Notes: generated by a model not told the origin, from the sequence alone. 64,000 nt of DNA from Patescibacteria group bacterium (GCA_036278915.1 DASUKB010000001.1:91892-155891), one strand, 5' to 3'. Positions 39,365-49,360 are shown, numbered from the stretch's first letter. Made by a program: numbers and translations.

Positions 39365-40090
39365 ATGCCTAGAAACCTAAACCGATTTAAAATTTATAAA
39401 AACCGAGCGCATGTTGCGGCCACGATTGCCATTGTCGCCCTGCCATTTTTATTTTTGCTGCTGTTTTCGCAAGTTGCAAAAATCGCGTCCAGCGAGCTTT
39501 TTTATGATGTATTCATCTCCGTCTTTCGTCTGGCTATAGCCTACGCAGTGGCCGCGGCCACGGGCTGGCTTCTGGCTGTTTGGTTTTATCACGGCCAAAG
39601 GTCGCATATCGCTCTACCGCTCTTTGACGTATTGCAGAGTTTCCCGACATTTGCCGCAGTACCGCTGGCCACGCTCTACTGGGGAGCCACGGATTTTACT
39701 GTTATATTTTTTTTGGCAGTTACTATCATCTGGCCCATTTGCTTCAATGTCATATCGTCGCTTAGGTCCGCGCGCCGCGACTGGACCGAGGCTGTGGAAA
39801 TGTCCAGGCTTACCGGCTGGAATTATTTGAGATATTACCTCTGGCCTGTGACTGTGCCGGGATTTGTCACGGGATCTATAATTTCTCTTGGCGAAGGCTG
39901 GGAAGCGCTGGTGGCCACGGAAATTATTATCCAAGTAAAACCCGGGCTGGGGAATTTTTTCCAGGCTTACTCGGTACACCCGGGAATAATCTTTTTTGGC
40001 ATCCTCGCCCTTTTGCTCATAGTTTTTTCGCTTAACAAAATTATCTGGAGTCCGTTGCTTGAAAAAAGCCACCTTATGACCGAAGAATAA
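39365..40090 (+). CDS. ABC transporter permease (NitT/TauT-like)
   Basis: LQSFP, W.ALVATE, TM pattern. Confidence 0.88.
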   Translation: MPRNLNRFKIYKNRAHVAATIAIVALPFLFLLLFSQVAKIASSELFYDVFISVFRLAIAYAVAAATGWLLAVWFYHGQRSHIALPLFDVLQSFPTFAAVPLATLYWGATDFTVIFFLAVTIIWPICFNVISSLRSARRDWTEAVEMSRLTGWNYLRYYLWPVTVPGFVTGSIISLGEGWEALVATEIIIQVKPGLGNFFQAYSVHPGIIFFGILALLLIVFSLNKIIWSPLLEKSHLMTEE

Positions 40091-40837
40091 ATGAAACCAA
40101 TCATTAAAATTTCCAACTTAACTAAATTTTACGAGGAGGCGCCGCGTAAGCACCTTTTGGCTTTGGAAGATGTATCGCTCAATATAAATGAGGGAGAATT
40201 TTTCGTAATCTTGGGGCCGTCCGGTTCCGGCAAATCCACGCTCCTGCGCTCAATTTCCGGCCTGGACCGGGAATTTGAAGGACAAATTTACATTGCGCCA
40301 TCGATTAATCCGTCGGATTTGAGCTTTGTGTTCCAACAGTTTGCACTTCTGCCATGGCTGACTGTGCGCGAAAATATCGAACTCGGTTTAATCGGCCGGA
40401 ACGCGCCCGTTTCGCATCGTCGCGAAATAGTCAAACGCGAACTGGATCAGTTCGGCTTGCATAAATTTGCCGCGAGTTTTCCGCACGAGCTTTCTGGCGG
40501 CATGCGACAGCGAGTGGGGATTGCGCGAGCGCTGGCTACGGATCCCAAAATTATTTTTTTGGATGAGCCGTTCTCGGAACTGGATTTCTTCACCGCCGAA
40601 ACGCTCCGGCACGAACTTTTGGACATCTGGCGGGAGCGGAACTTAACTGTAATTATGGTCTCGCATATCATTCAGGAGGCGCTGGAATTGTCCGACCGCA
40701 TGGCTGTGCTCACGGCCCGGCCCGGCCGTATCAACAAAATTATCAAAAACACTCTGCCCCGGCCGCGCAATATGCGCACCGAGGAGTTCTTTAAGCTGGA
40801 GGATTATGTTTACCATCTGCTCAAAGCCCAAAGTTAA
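40091..40837 (+). CDS. ABC transporter ATP-binding protein (NitT/TauT-like)
   Basis: GPSGSGKS, LSGGMRQR, LDEPF. Confidence 0.95.
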   Translation: MKPIIKISNLTKFYEEAPRKHLLALEDVSLNINEGEFFVILGPSGSGKSTLLRSISGLDREFEGQIYIAPSINPSDLSFVFQQFALLPWLTVRENIELGLIGRNAPVSHRREIVKRELDQFGLHKFAASFPHELSGGMRQRVGIARALATDPKIIFLDEPFSELDFFTAETLRHELLDIWRERNLTVIMVSHIIQEALELSDRMAVLTARPGRINKIIKNTLPRPRNMRTEEFFKLEDYVYHLLKAQS

Positions 40838-40858
40838 ACTGTGGTATAATCTTTAAGT

Positions 40859-41791
40859 ATGGACGAAATTCAAGACCCAACCCAAATTCCGAATCAGATA
40901 AGTCCCGAAGCAGTCAGCAATGTCACAACCGAACCCGAAGCTCCGGTAACTATGACCCAGGCTCCTGTGACGTCCGACATTCCGCTTTTGCCCGCGCATT
41001 TTACGGAAATAGACATCAATCTCATAAAGCCCAATCCCTGGCAGCCGCGCAAAATTTTTAAGGAACAGGAATTAGCCGAGCTTTCTGCATCCATAAAAGA
41101 GCATGGCATCCTTCAGCCATTGGTGGTGGTGCCTGACACGGAGGGCACTTACCAGCTTATAGTGGGGGAGAGGCGATTGCGCGCGTCCAAACTGGCCGGA
41201 CTGACCATGGTGCCGGTGATCATCCGTGATGCTATGGAAGAGCGCCAAAAGTTGGAATTGGCGCTTATTGAGAATATTCAGCGGCACAACCTTGACCCCA
41301 TCGAAGAAGCCACGGCCTACCAGCAGCTCATAGACTCCTACCAACTGACGCAAGACCAGGTGTCGCAGAAAGTCGGCAAGAACCGCACCACTGTCACCAA
41401 CACGCTCCGGCTTCTCAATTTGCCGCTCAAAATTCAGCGTGCCATAGCAGAAGAAATAATTTCCGAAGGACACGGACGGGCTATTCTAGGCGTCACCGGC
41501 ATGGAGCGCCAATTGGCTTTGTTTGATGAAGTTGTGGCCGGCGGGTTTACGGTGCGACAAGTAGAGGCGCGCGCCCGCGAAATTATGCAGCGGCCCAAGA
41601 TGCTAAAGATGCCCAAGGCCGTGGCTCCCAAAGACGCCGAAACCGAAGCGCTGGAAAACGAACTTCGCGGCAAGCTTGGGACCAAGGTCAAAGTCCAAAA
41701 AAGCGGCGAGACCGGCAAAATTATGATTGAATTTTTCACAGCCGAGGAACTCAATAATTTTTTGGATAAGGTCCACCGTTTGGAAAATTGA
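40859..41791 (+). CDS. parB: ParB/Spo0J partition protein
   Basis: PNPWQPRK, GERRLRA, ENIQR, HTH, GHGRAIL. Confidence 0.95.
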   Translation: MDEIQDPTQIPNQISPEAVSNVTTEPEAPVTMTQAPVTSDIPLLPAHFTEIDINLIKPNPWQPRKIFKEQELAELSASIKEHGILQPLVVVPDTEGTYQLIVGERRLRASKLAGLTMVPVIIRDAMEERQKLELALIENIQRHNLDPIEEATAYQQLIDSYQLTQDQVSQKVGKNRTTVTNTLRLLNLPLKIQRAIAEEIISEGHGRAILGVTGMERQLALFDEVVAGGFTVRQVEARAREIMQRPKMLKMPKAVAPKDAETEALENELRGKLGTKVKVQKSGETGKIMIEFFTAEELNNFLDKVHRLEN

Positions 41792-41830
41792 CTTGACTAA
41801 ACTTTTTGGTAGGGCTAAACTATCTGTGTT

Positions 41831-41937
41831 ATGAATCTAACCTCTCACATTAACTACTGGTTTATTCTTCGCTCCACTGGTGTGGCTGGGTAGGTTCGTA
41901 TTGCGATTTTGACCCGGCCGCACGTGGCCGGTTTTTT
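41831..41937 (+). promoter_or_regulatory. Putative leader-peptide transcription attenuator
   Basis: uORF 41831-41893; antiterminator 41880-41891/41912-41923 overlaps terminator 41914-41937. Confidence 0.6.
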
Positions 41938-41976
41938 GTTGAGTACATCGTTTGAAAGTTTCCAGGAGGAGACAGA

Positions 41977-42174
41977 ATGGAGATCAGGCCCGAGAACCAT
42001 CCGCAGGTAAAACGGCTCCTTCGCAAAATCGAAGTTGCCCAGAAGCACCCGGAGACACCCCAAGTGCTGGCGGCGATTGCCCGGCATCAGGACGAAATCC
42101 GCCGGCATCTGGGACTGCCGAGACTTCCCCGGCCGGTTCCGACGACCGACAGGGAATACCGCTTGTTCGTGTAG
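41977..42174 (+). CDS. Hypothetical protein
   Basis: AGGAGG SD; 65 aa. Confidence 0.55.
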   Translation: MEIRPENHPQVKRLLRKIEVAQKHPETPQVLAAIARHQDEIRRHLGLPRLPRPVPTTDREYRLFV

Positions 42175-42183
42175 GAGCCCAAG

Positions 42184-42456
42184 GTGTGCGTGCATAACTT
42201 CCTCCAGCAAGCACTGGATAAGCTCCGAGCAGCCGGCCGCCGTGCGGTCATCAATCTCACTCATGTTCCGAACCTGAATCAACCCGAGATGACCGTAGCC
42301 CTCTATCTTGACGAGCTGAGGTATTATTTCCTCGGCGAAGACTTTCGTCCTTCGTGCTCGGAAATTGCAAGTCGCCGGACGATAGTGTTGGCTATTTTCC
42401 CCCAGAGCATCACGGTAAGGGGAGTTGTCAGCATGGCAGAAAAGAAAGTTGCCTAA
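42184..42456 (+). CDS. Hypothetical protein (start uncertain)
   Basis: ORF fills the gap between two SD-led ORFs. Confidence 0.4.
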   Translation: MCVHNFLQQALDKLRAAGRRAVINLTHVPNLNQPEMTVALYLDELRYYFLGEDFRPSCSEIASRRTIVLAIFPQSITVRGVVSMAEKKVA

Positions 42457-42469
42457 GGAGGCAGATCAA

Positions 42470-42631
42470 ATGGAAGAGAAGAAAGAGGAGCAGCCCGACA
42501 AGCTTGTGCCCGCGAAATTCCCGAATGTGGAACCGCCGCAGCGCACAGACGTGCCAATCAACTACGGCAGGCCGGTGAAGTTCGATCCGGATCCGGCTCC
42601 CAAGCCCACGACCCGCACCTTCCGCTCGTGA
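42470..42631 (+). CDS. Hypothetical Pro-rich small protein
   Basis: AAGGAGG before ATG 42470; terminator 42641-42682. Confidence 0.5.
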   Translation: MEEKKEEQPDKLVPAKFPNVEPPQRTDVPINYGRPVKFDPDPAPKPTTRTFRS

Positions 42632-42965
42632 ACGGCACCGAGGCCTGGAACTTATGCTATCGCATAAGTTCCAGGTCTTTTATTTTTGGCAAACAAAAAG
42701 ACCATGCACAAATTACGTTGCATGGCCTTTGGGCAATTGCTTGGGAGTGATACGTACTTCCGTGATTTTTTTGCCGTCGGGTGTGCGGAAATCAAGGAAT
42801 ACTCCCGGATTGTTGCGGTAAGCTTCCCTTACGAATTCAATATCCATTTCTTGCCTGTGCCACCGATGCCAGAAAACAATTCTCGTCTCCACAGAATCCT
42901 CCTTGCAGGTTAAATATAGTCATTTCACAAAAATTGTAAAGGCTAGTACAATACTTTCGGATCGG

Positions 42966-43039
42966 CGGGGTGTAGTATACCGGTAGTACGCGCCCATGGG
43001 GTGGGTGTAGACCGGGTTCAATTCCCGGCATCCCGACCA
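42966..43039 (+). tRNA. tRNA-Pro(GGG)
   Basis: CGGGGTG/CATCCCG acceptor stem, anticodon GGG, GTTCAA, encoded CCA. Confidence 0.93.
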
Positions 43040-43044
43040 AAATA

Positions 43045-43148
43045 CGCTCGGACATCAGTTTTTTTCGGACACGGCCGCTTCGGGCGGCCTAAAGTGCTCG
43101 ACATTGGAAGGTCTCGCACGTTGTCCTCAAAAAACTGCTGTCCTCGCT
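43045..43148 (-). repeat. Structured ~105-nt dispersed element, copy C
   Basis: Same core as copy B; 5 nt after tRNA-Pro. Confidence 0.8.
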
Positions 43149-43244
43149 TCTAGAAAAAAACCACTTCGGTGGGTTTTTTTCGTTTGCAAGCAATTATGTT
43201 TTCGTTTATACTTAAACAAAGGAAAATTAACCTAAACCTCTCAA

Positions 43245-43994
43245 ATGGACACACAAAATCCGGGCCAAATGCCCGCAAGCAGTCCCGAGACACCCAATCC
43301 GGAGCCTGCAAAAAATTGGTTTGCAGCTCACAAGGCTCTCGTGATTATAATTGTGGTCGCGGTTCTTGCCGCCGCAGGAGCGTCTGCGTACTTTATCATG
43401 ACTAGCAAGGTTAGTCCTATAGCTCTGCAACCAGTGGTGCACCAGGAGAAAGCAGACACGTCTGCGAAAGTTTATACAAATTCCAAATATGGTTTTGAAT
43501 TTTCGTATCCCGGAAAGTATTTCCTAGCAAGTCCATTGATTGAACAACCGAACGGCCAGCTGGATTTCGATGCCCAGACAAAACAGCTTAACAGCGGGCT
43601 TCCGGAAAATGCGGAATTTCTTAATGTAGAAACTCAAGATTACGCAGAATTGAAGCCTGCCGTCTCGTGTAGCGCCGGTGAATTATGTGAAGCATCCCAA
43701 ACTGATTTTAATTCCAATATTAAGATTATAAATAACGCACAATTGGGTGATACGGTTAATATGCAACAAATTAACGGTACGGTGGTTTCGATTGGTGGCC
43801 AGAAGGGGTTGCGTACTAACTATTTCAATCCCACTGGCGGAGATTGGGATTTAGCAGTCATCCTATATGATAAAAACAAAAATCAGATTTGGCTGAGCTT
43901 TAGCATCCCAGCGGCTAGCAAAGAAGAAGCCTTAGCCAGTGCGGAATACAAAGATATGACTTCGATAATTTCCACCTTCAAATTCACAAACTAA
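43245..43994 (+). CDS. Membrane-anchored surface protein (possibly PsbP-like)
   Basis: Single TM helix; YTNSKYGFEFSYP; IISTFKF end. Confidence 0.7.
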   Translation: MDTQNPGQMPASSPETPNPEPAKNWFAAHKALVIIIVVAVLAAAGASAYFIMTSKVSPIALQPVVHQEKADTSAKVYTNSKYGFEFSYPGKYFLASPLIEQPNGQLDFDAQTKQLNSGLPENAEFLNVETQDYAELKPAVSCSAGELCEASQTDFNSNIKIINNAQLGDTVNMQQINGTVVSIGGQKGLRTNYFNPTGGDWDLAVILYDKNKNQIWLSFSIPAASKEEALASAEYKDMTSIISTFKFTN

Positions 43995-44020
43995 TTAAGT
44001 ATGTTGTTTAGTACGTTGTT

Positions 44021-44206
44021 ATGGCTAGACCTATAAATAACATTCGCAAACTTACAAAAGTTTCCAGAACTTCATTGGCCGTAGTGATCCCGTCTGATCT
44101 CATCCGGCAGCTTGGGTGGAGGGAGCGGCAGCGGGTGATAGTAAAAAAGATGCCGCGGGGGATACAGATAATTGATGCAATAACGAAAGTTAGAAGTAAG
44201 AAGTGA
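44021..44206 (+). CDS. AbrB/MazE/SpoVT-like DNA-binding protein
   Basis: SLAVVIPSDLIRQLGW...V.V. Confidence 0.75.
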   Translation: MARPINNIRKLTKVSRTSLAVVIPSDLIRQLGWRERQRVIVKKMPRGIQIIDAITKVRSKK

Positions 44207-44279
44207 GAAGGCGGAAGAAAGTTGGAAGTTGATGTGAGAAGTCAGAAGAATTAAAAGTTATAATTCAGAAGGCAGAAGC

Positions 44280-44444
44280 ATGCAGAATGGCAGATATAAA
44301 ACGGATTTGCGTCAAAGGTGCTATCAATTTGGTTTAGCTGTTCTAAAATTGACCGACAATTTGCCCAATAAACGTAGCGCTTGGGTCATCCAAGATCAAG
44401 TGATCAGATCAGCTACATCCATTGGAGCAAATCTGGTTGAAGGT
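44280..44444 (+). pseudogene. Truncated four-helix-bundle (23S rRNA IVP/bAvd-like) gene
   Basis: DLRQR...F...DQVIRSATSIGANLVEG, then similarity stops at a heptamer repeat. Confidence 0.75.
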
Positions 44445-44476
44445 ATTCTAACTTCTAACTTATCACTTCTAACTTT

Positions 44477-44869
44477 ATGTTCAAGGAATTTAAAGAATTT
44501 GCTGTCAAAGGCAATGCCATAGATTTGGCTGTGGGCATAGTGATCGGCGCGGCGTTTACGCAAGTTGTAAATTCGCTGGTGTCGGACGTCATCTCACCGC
44601 CGTTGGGCGCCATTACCGGCCGGGTGAATTTTGCCAATCTGAAGATTCACCTTTACGGCGGCACGTTTTTAACTTACGGAGCGTTTTTGAACACGATCAT
44701 AAATTTTGTTATCGTGTCTTTTGCCATATTCCTCATTGTCCGGCAAATAAATCGCTTCCGCCGCAAGCCAAATGCTTTGCCCACGGAAAAAACGTGCCCG
44801 TTCTGCCAGACTTTGATCCCGATTGCCGCGGTTAAGTGTCCGAACTGCACGTCTAATCTCCAGCAATAA
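44477..44869 (+). CDS. mscL: Large-conductance mechanosensitive channel with C-terminal zinc ribbon
   Basis: FKEFKEFAVKGNAIDLAVGIVIGAAF; CPFC...CPNC. Confidence 0.95.
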   Translation: MFKEFKEFAVKGNAIDLAVGIVIGAAFTQVVNSLVSDVISPPLGAITGRVNFANLKIHLYGGTFLTYGAFLNTIINFVIVSFAIFLIVRQINRFRRKPNALPTEKTCPFCQTLIPIAAVKCPNCTSNLQQ

Positions 44870-45027
44870 AAAATTTTTGTGTAAACTGCACAAATTGTCG
44901 TACGTTTATCCGCAAGTTTTTGTGCATCATCTTTGTAGGAATTTCCGCTTGGTAAGTCTATATTTTCTAGGTGGCTTGGAAGACCTCTAAATTAACCTCT
45001 CCGAATTCCAGGCTTTTTTAAAGACTT

Positions 45028-47574
45028 ATGTTTGAAAATAAAGAAATTGCTGATTCACAGTTTGACTTTGACCAGTTTTTCAACAAATCAAATCTCAACC
45101 CACATCTCTACGAAATTTTGCAGGCCCTTACAGACGGGGTTATAGTTCAGGATCGCATGCGAAAGGTTTTGTTTGCCAACGAAGCCGGCGCGCATATGAT
45201 GGGCTTTCGAACAGCCAATGAAATTTTGGAGCGGCCGGTTTCCAATTCCGTGGGCAAGTTTGAAATCATGGATGAAAATGGCAACGCGCTGGATCTGGAT
45301 CATCTGCCGGCGCAAGTGGTGCTAGACGGCGCCGAAATTTGCACCAAAATTATGTTTAGCAAAAACCGAGAGACAGGCGTGGGGATCTGGTCGGAAGTTA
45401 AGGCACGTGCCATCCGCGACGAGGACGGATCGGTGAAGTTTGCCGTAAGTTTGTTTCGCGACATCACCTCGGAGAAGCTAATCCAAGCCGAATACGAACG
45501 CAGCAACCGCCGGAGCCAGCACATTTTGGAAAGCATTACCGACGGCTTTTTTGCGTTTGATAAAAATTGGAATTTCACTTACATCAACAAAGCCGCGGAG
45601 CAGTTTCTGGACCGGTTGCGCGAACAACTCTTGGGTAAAAATCTTCTGGAAGAATTCAAAAATGTCGGACAGAACGAGGCATTTATAAGACTCAAAACGG
45701 CGGCGGAAAAGGGAGAAACCATCCGGTTTGAGCAGCAGTCGCGGCAAGGATTGTGGTTTGAGTTGTCGCTTTATCCGTCCCGGGACGGATCTTCGGTGTA
45801 TTTCCGCGAAATTACGGACAAGAAAAAATCCGAAGAGTATAACCTCAAGCTCCTGGCAAGCGAGGAGCGCTACCGGGCCATGATTGAGAATTCATCCGAC
45901 GGCATTGTTATGCTTAATGCCGATGGCACTATAACTTATGTTACGCACCCAATCGAACGAATTTTGGGATTTTCCGAGCAGGAAATCGTCGGTATGGTGG
46001 CTTTTGATCTCATCCACCCAGAGGATTTACCTCTGGTAATGGAAATTTTTGGCAACATGCTAAGAGCCCCGAATGCTACTAGTTCGGCGCAATTCCGCGC
46101 CCGACACAAAGATGGCACCTACCGCTGGATTGAGGGCGTGGGAACTAATCTTTTGCAGCATCCGAGCATTCAGTCTATAGTTGCCAATTTCCGCGATGTT
46201 TCGCAGCGCAAAAAAGCCGAGGACACGCTTGCTTACCATTACCAGCACGATGTACTTACGGATTTGCCCAACCGGACGTATCTGACGTCCAGGTTTGCAG
46301 AAAGCCTGCAGGAGTCCGATCGTGCGCGCAAGTCCGTGGCGCTTATGCTCATTGATTTGGACAGATTTAAGCAGATCAACGAATCTCTGGGGCACGCCCT
46401 CGGTGACCGCCTGATCCAGGAGGTAAGTTTGCGGCTTCGGGCGTGCATGAGTGAATCATGCGTTTTGGCGCGCTTGGGCGGAGATGAATTTGGCATTCTG
46501 ATCTGCAACCTGGAGCGGGAAGAGGATGAAGTGGCGAAACTTTGCAACAAGATTCTGGAGGATTTCAAGCCAGCATTTTATTTGGATGCGCACGAACTTT
46601 ATATAAGCCCCTCGATTGGCATTTCGCTGTACCCTTACGATGGCCGCGAGCCGGCTATGCTTTTCAAAAACGCAGAGACCGCGCTCTACCGCGCCAAAGA
46701 TTACGGCCGCAACACGTACCAGTTCTACACGCAAACTATGAACGCCACGGCCTACGAACGCCTGGCTATGGAGTCTAAACTTCGACATGCCATAGAGAAT
46801 AATGAGTTGGTGCTGTTTTATCAACCGCAAATTGAAGTGGTCTCGGGCAAAATTGTGGGCGCTGAAGAACTTATCCGCTGGCAGCAGCCGGACGGAAGAT
46901 TGGTGGCGCCGGATCGGTTCATACCTCTGGCCGAAGCCAATGGACTCATCGAACCCATAGGCGAATTTGTCTTGCAACAATCTTTAATCCAGGCAAAAAT
47001 TTGGCATGACGCTGGGTTTAAGCTGATTATCGCGATCAATCTTTCCGCGCGGCAGTTTAAGCAGAAAAATTTTGAAAAAATTCTCACAAATATAATTGAA
47101 GAATCGCAGCTTGATCCAAAGTTCATCGAGCTTGAGCTGACAGAAACCGTGCTGGCGGAAAACCAAGACACCGTGTTTGGAATTATGAACGGCTTGCGCG
47201 GCCGCGGCGTGCGGTTCTGCCTGGATGATTTTTCAACCGGTTACTCGTCGCTTAAATACCTCAAACAGTTTCCGGTGGACATGCTCAAAATCGAGCGCAA
47301 CTTTATGAAGGGCATCCCAGGCGACATCCAAAACGCGGCCATCGCCAAATCAATCATTACGCTTGGCCAGTCACTCGGCATGGAAGTCACGGCCGAGGGA
47401 GTGGAATCCAAACGCCAGCTGGAATTTTTGCGCGATAATCTTTGCAACCGCGCGCAAGGGTATCTTTTCAACGGCGCCATGCCGGCGCATAGCCTGTCTG
47501 AAATCCTCGGAGAACACCGGTATTTGTCCGTGGTAAAAAATTTGGACAACCAACCCAAGGCTGGACGCCCCTGA
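45028..47574 (+). CDS. Multi-PAS GGDEF-EAL protein
   Basis: Three PAS-like segments; RLGGDEF; YQPQ...EELIRW; DDFSTGYSSL; AEGVE. Confidence 0.93.
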   Translation: MFENKEIADSQFDFDQFFNKSNLNPHLYEILQALTDGVIVQDRMRKVLFANEAGAHMMGFRTANEILERPVSNSVGKFEIMDENGNALDLDHLPAQVVLDGAEICTKIMFSKNRETGVGIWSEVKARAIRDEDGSVKFAVSLFRDITSEKLIQAEYERSNRRSQHILESITDGFFAFDKNWNFTYINKAAEQFLDRLREQLLGKNLLEEFKNVGQNEAFIRLKTAAEKGETIRFEQQSRQGLWFELSLYPSRDGSSVYFREITDKKKSEEYNLKLLASEERYRAMIENSSDGIVMLNADGTITYVTHPIERILGFSEQEIVGMVAFDLIHPEDLPLVMEIFGNMLRAPNATSSAQFRARHKDGTYRWIEGVGTNLLQHPSIQSIVANFRDVSQRKKAEDTLAYHYQHDVLTDLPNRTYLTSRFAESLQESDRARKSVALMLIDLDRFKQINESLGHALGDRLIQEVSLRLRACMSESCVLARLGGDEFGILICNLEREEDEVAKLCNKILEDFKPAFYLDAHELYISPSIGISLYPYDGREPAMLFKNAETALYRAKDYGRNTYQFYTQTMNATAYERLAMESKLRHAIENNELVLFYQPQIEVVSGKIVGAEELIRWQQPDGRLVAPDRFIPLAEANGLIEPIGEFVLQQSLIQAKIWHDAGFKLIIAINLSARQFKQKNFEKILTNIIEESQLDPKFIELELTETVLAENQDTVFGIMNGLRGRGVRFCLDDFSTGYSSLKYLKQFPVDMLKIERNFMKGIPGDIQNAAIAKSIITLGQSLGMEVTAEGVESKRQLEFLRDNLCNRAQGYLFNGAMPAHSLSEILGEHRYLSVVKNLDNQPKAGRP

Positions 47575-47616
47575 ATTACTCTGTTACAATTGGGCGGACA
47601 TTAATCGTCTGACTTC

Positions 47617-48330
47617 ATGAAAAACTATATTAAAACTATTATTCTGGTCGTGGTGCTTTTGGCAGTGGGGTATTTCCTCTTGCCTTATGTCAAAAATTAT
47701 CCCAAACATCCAACTCCAAGCTCGCAGACCTCCAGCACCTCAGGCACCAATTCGTCATCTTCTAATTCTTCAAGCTCTACAAGTTCCAGCAATGGCATTC
47801 AGACTTTTACGTCCAGCAATTTGGGCGTAAGTTTTCAGTATAATCCGGATCAGGACGGCGACGGCACAGCTGACACCACAGCAGCCGAATCGGGCGACAA
47901 GGTTTATGTTTACTACACTGCAAGCCCGATGGAGCAGGGACAATGGGTTGAGAAATTTACGAAGGATCCGTCCATGAGTTTGGCCGATGCGATTCAAAAA
48001 CAATTCTTGTCCGGCGTCTCAAGCACTGATTGCTTCGTTGCGGATATGGATTCTTTCTACACCCAGTATGGCGCGCAGGCGCCGGCTTCACCGCAGAACT
48101 TTGAGCGGGACATAATTGCGTATCCGTTTCCCACAGACCCCAACCAGCCGTTTGATGCCAATGCCAGCAAATGCCCGGCCACATACAGCCTAAGCAGCAG
48201 CGGATTGAGCTACTTTGCGATGGACAAAAATCACCCGGATCAATACTATTTCTTCAACATAGGGCAGTACGCGATAACTGCCGACACACAAGGTCAGCTG
48301 GCTTGGCAGGACACATTTGAGATAAAATAA
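47617..48330 (+). CDS. Membrane-anchored Ser-rich surface protein
   Basis: N-terminal TM helix, Ser/Thr linker, FTSSNLGVSFQY. Confidence 0.7.
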   Translation: MKNYIKTIILVVVLLAVGYFLLPYVKNYPKHPTPSSQTSSTSGTNSSSSNSSSSTSSSNGIQTFTSSNLGVSFQYNPDQDGDGTADTTAAESGDKVYVYYTASPMEQGQWVEKFTKDPSMSLADAIQKQFLSGVSSTDCFVADMDSFYTQYGAQAPASPQNFERDIIAYPFPTDPNQPFDANASKCPATYSLSSSGLSYFAMDKNHPDQYYFFNIGQYAITADTQGQLAWQDTFEIK

Positions 48331-48404
48331 TCAGAGTCCAAAAAATGGATACCAACATTGAATTTTGGGAATTAAAAAACTCTTCTGGTTTCCAGAAGAG
48401 TTTT

Positions 48405-48590
48405 TTACTTGGTGGCCATGGCCAATTTATGGTTGCGGGTCCGGATGCACTTGGTGCAGGCGCGGATTCTACCGTGTTCAACTTTAAGCCATTGGAGATT
48501 GGGATAGAGTTTGACTTTGGTAGCGCGCATGGAGTGGGAGCGCCGGACAGAGTTGAGGTAGCCTTTGCCGCAGATTTCACATTTTCGCAT
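48405..48590 (-). CDS. rpmB: 50S ribosomal protein L28
   Basis: CEICGK...SHS...PNLQ...CTKC; terminator 48374-48404. Confidence 0.92.
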   Translation of the reverse strand: MRKCEICGKGYLNSVRRSHSMRATKVKLYPNLQWLKVEHGRIRACTKCIRTRNHKLAMATK

Positions 48591-48659
48591 ATGCGTTCCT
48601 TTTGCTACAATTAAGGTACTGACAAAGTTTAGCATTAAATTGACCGCAAGTCAACCTTT

Positions 48660-49301
48660 ATGGATCTTTTGAGCATTGTGATTTTAATTTTGATTTTGCT
48701 TTTTTCCGTGATATTCCACGAGGTGGCGCACGGCGTGGTCGCAGAACATTTGGGCGACCCAACCGCGCGGTATGCCGGAAGGCTCACGCTTAACCCTATC
48801 CCGCACATTGATTTGTTTGGGTCCATCTTGCTTCCTGCTATCTTGCTTATCTTCCATTCGCCGTTTTTGTTTGGCGCGGCCAAGCCCGTGCCAGTCAATT
48901 ACCAGAATTTGCGCAACTTCCGGAAGGACATGATACTCGTGGCGTTTGCAGGCCCGGCCACGAATTTCCTGCTTGCGATTATGGCCGCTATTGCGTACCG
49001 GCTGTTTCCCAATACATCGCCCCTGGCCGGGTCTATACTTTTGGAAGTCGTCATTCTCAATTTGGTGCTAGCCGTGTTTAACCTTATACCAATCCCGCCG
49101 CTGGACGGGTCCAAAATTTTGGCCTCGCTTCTGGGATTCGTGGACCGGGGGATTATGTACTGGATTTTGGAACTGGAACGCTACGGATTTATATTGATCA
49201 TATTGTTTTTATTTACGGGATTGTTCACGGCAATTTTGATTCCAACCGTGTCGTTCTTTGCCGGCCTCCTACTGGGCACCGGAGTAAATCTGGGATTTTA
49301 G
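48660..49301 (+). CDS. Site-2 protease (M50)
   Basis: HEVAH, AGPATN, NLIPIPPLDG. Confidence 0.95.
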   Translation: MDLLSIVILILILLFSVIFHEVAHGVVAEHLGDPTARYAGRLTLNPIPHIDLFGSILLPAILLIFHSPFLFGAAKPVPVNYQNLRNFRKDMILVAFAGPATNFLLAIMAAIAYRLFPNTSPLAGSILLEVVILNLVLAVFNLIPIPPLDGSKILASLLGFVDRGIMYWILELERYGFILIILFLFTGLFTAILIPTVSFFAGLLLGTGVNLGF

Positions 49302-49308
49302 AAATAAA

Positions 49309-49345
49309 AAAGACCCACAAGCGGCACACACTTTCGTGTGTACAC
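49309..49345 (-). repeat. Duplicated terminator-like hairpin (second copy 49780-49816)
   Basis: 36 of 37 nt identical; CACAC-GAAA-GTGTG cap and T-tract on the minus strand. Confidence 0.75.
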
Positions 49346-49360
49346 ACTCATGGGACGTGA

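Noticed and set aside
44021-44206. Toxin-antitoxin pair
   Set aside because: AbrB/MazE-like gene has no adjacent toxin; the next ORF is a four-helix-bundle remnant.
44280-44444. Diversity-generating retroelement (Avd)
   Set aside because: No reverse transcriptase or template/variable repeat pair was seen in the window.
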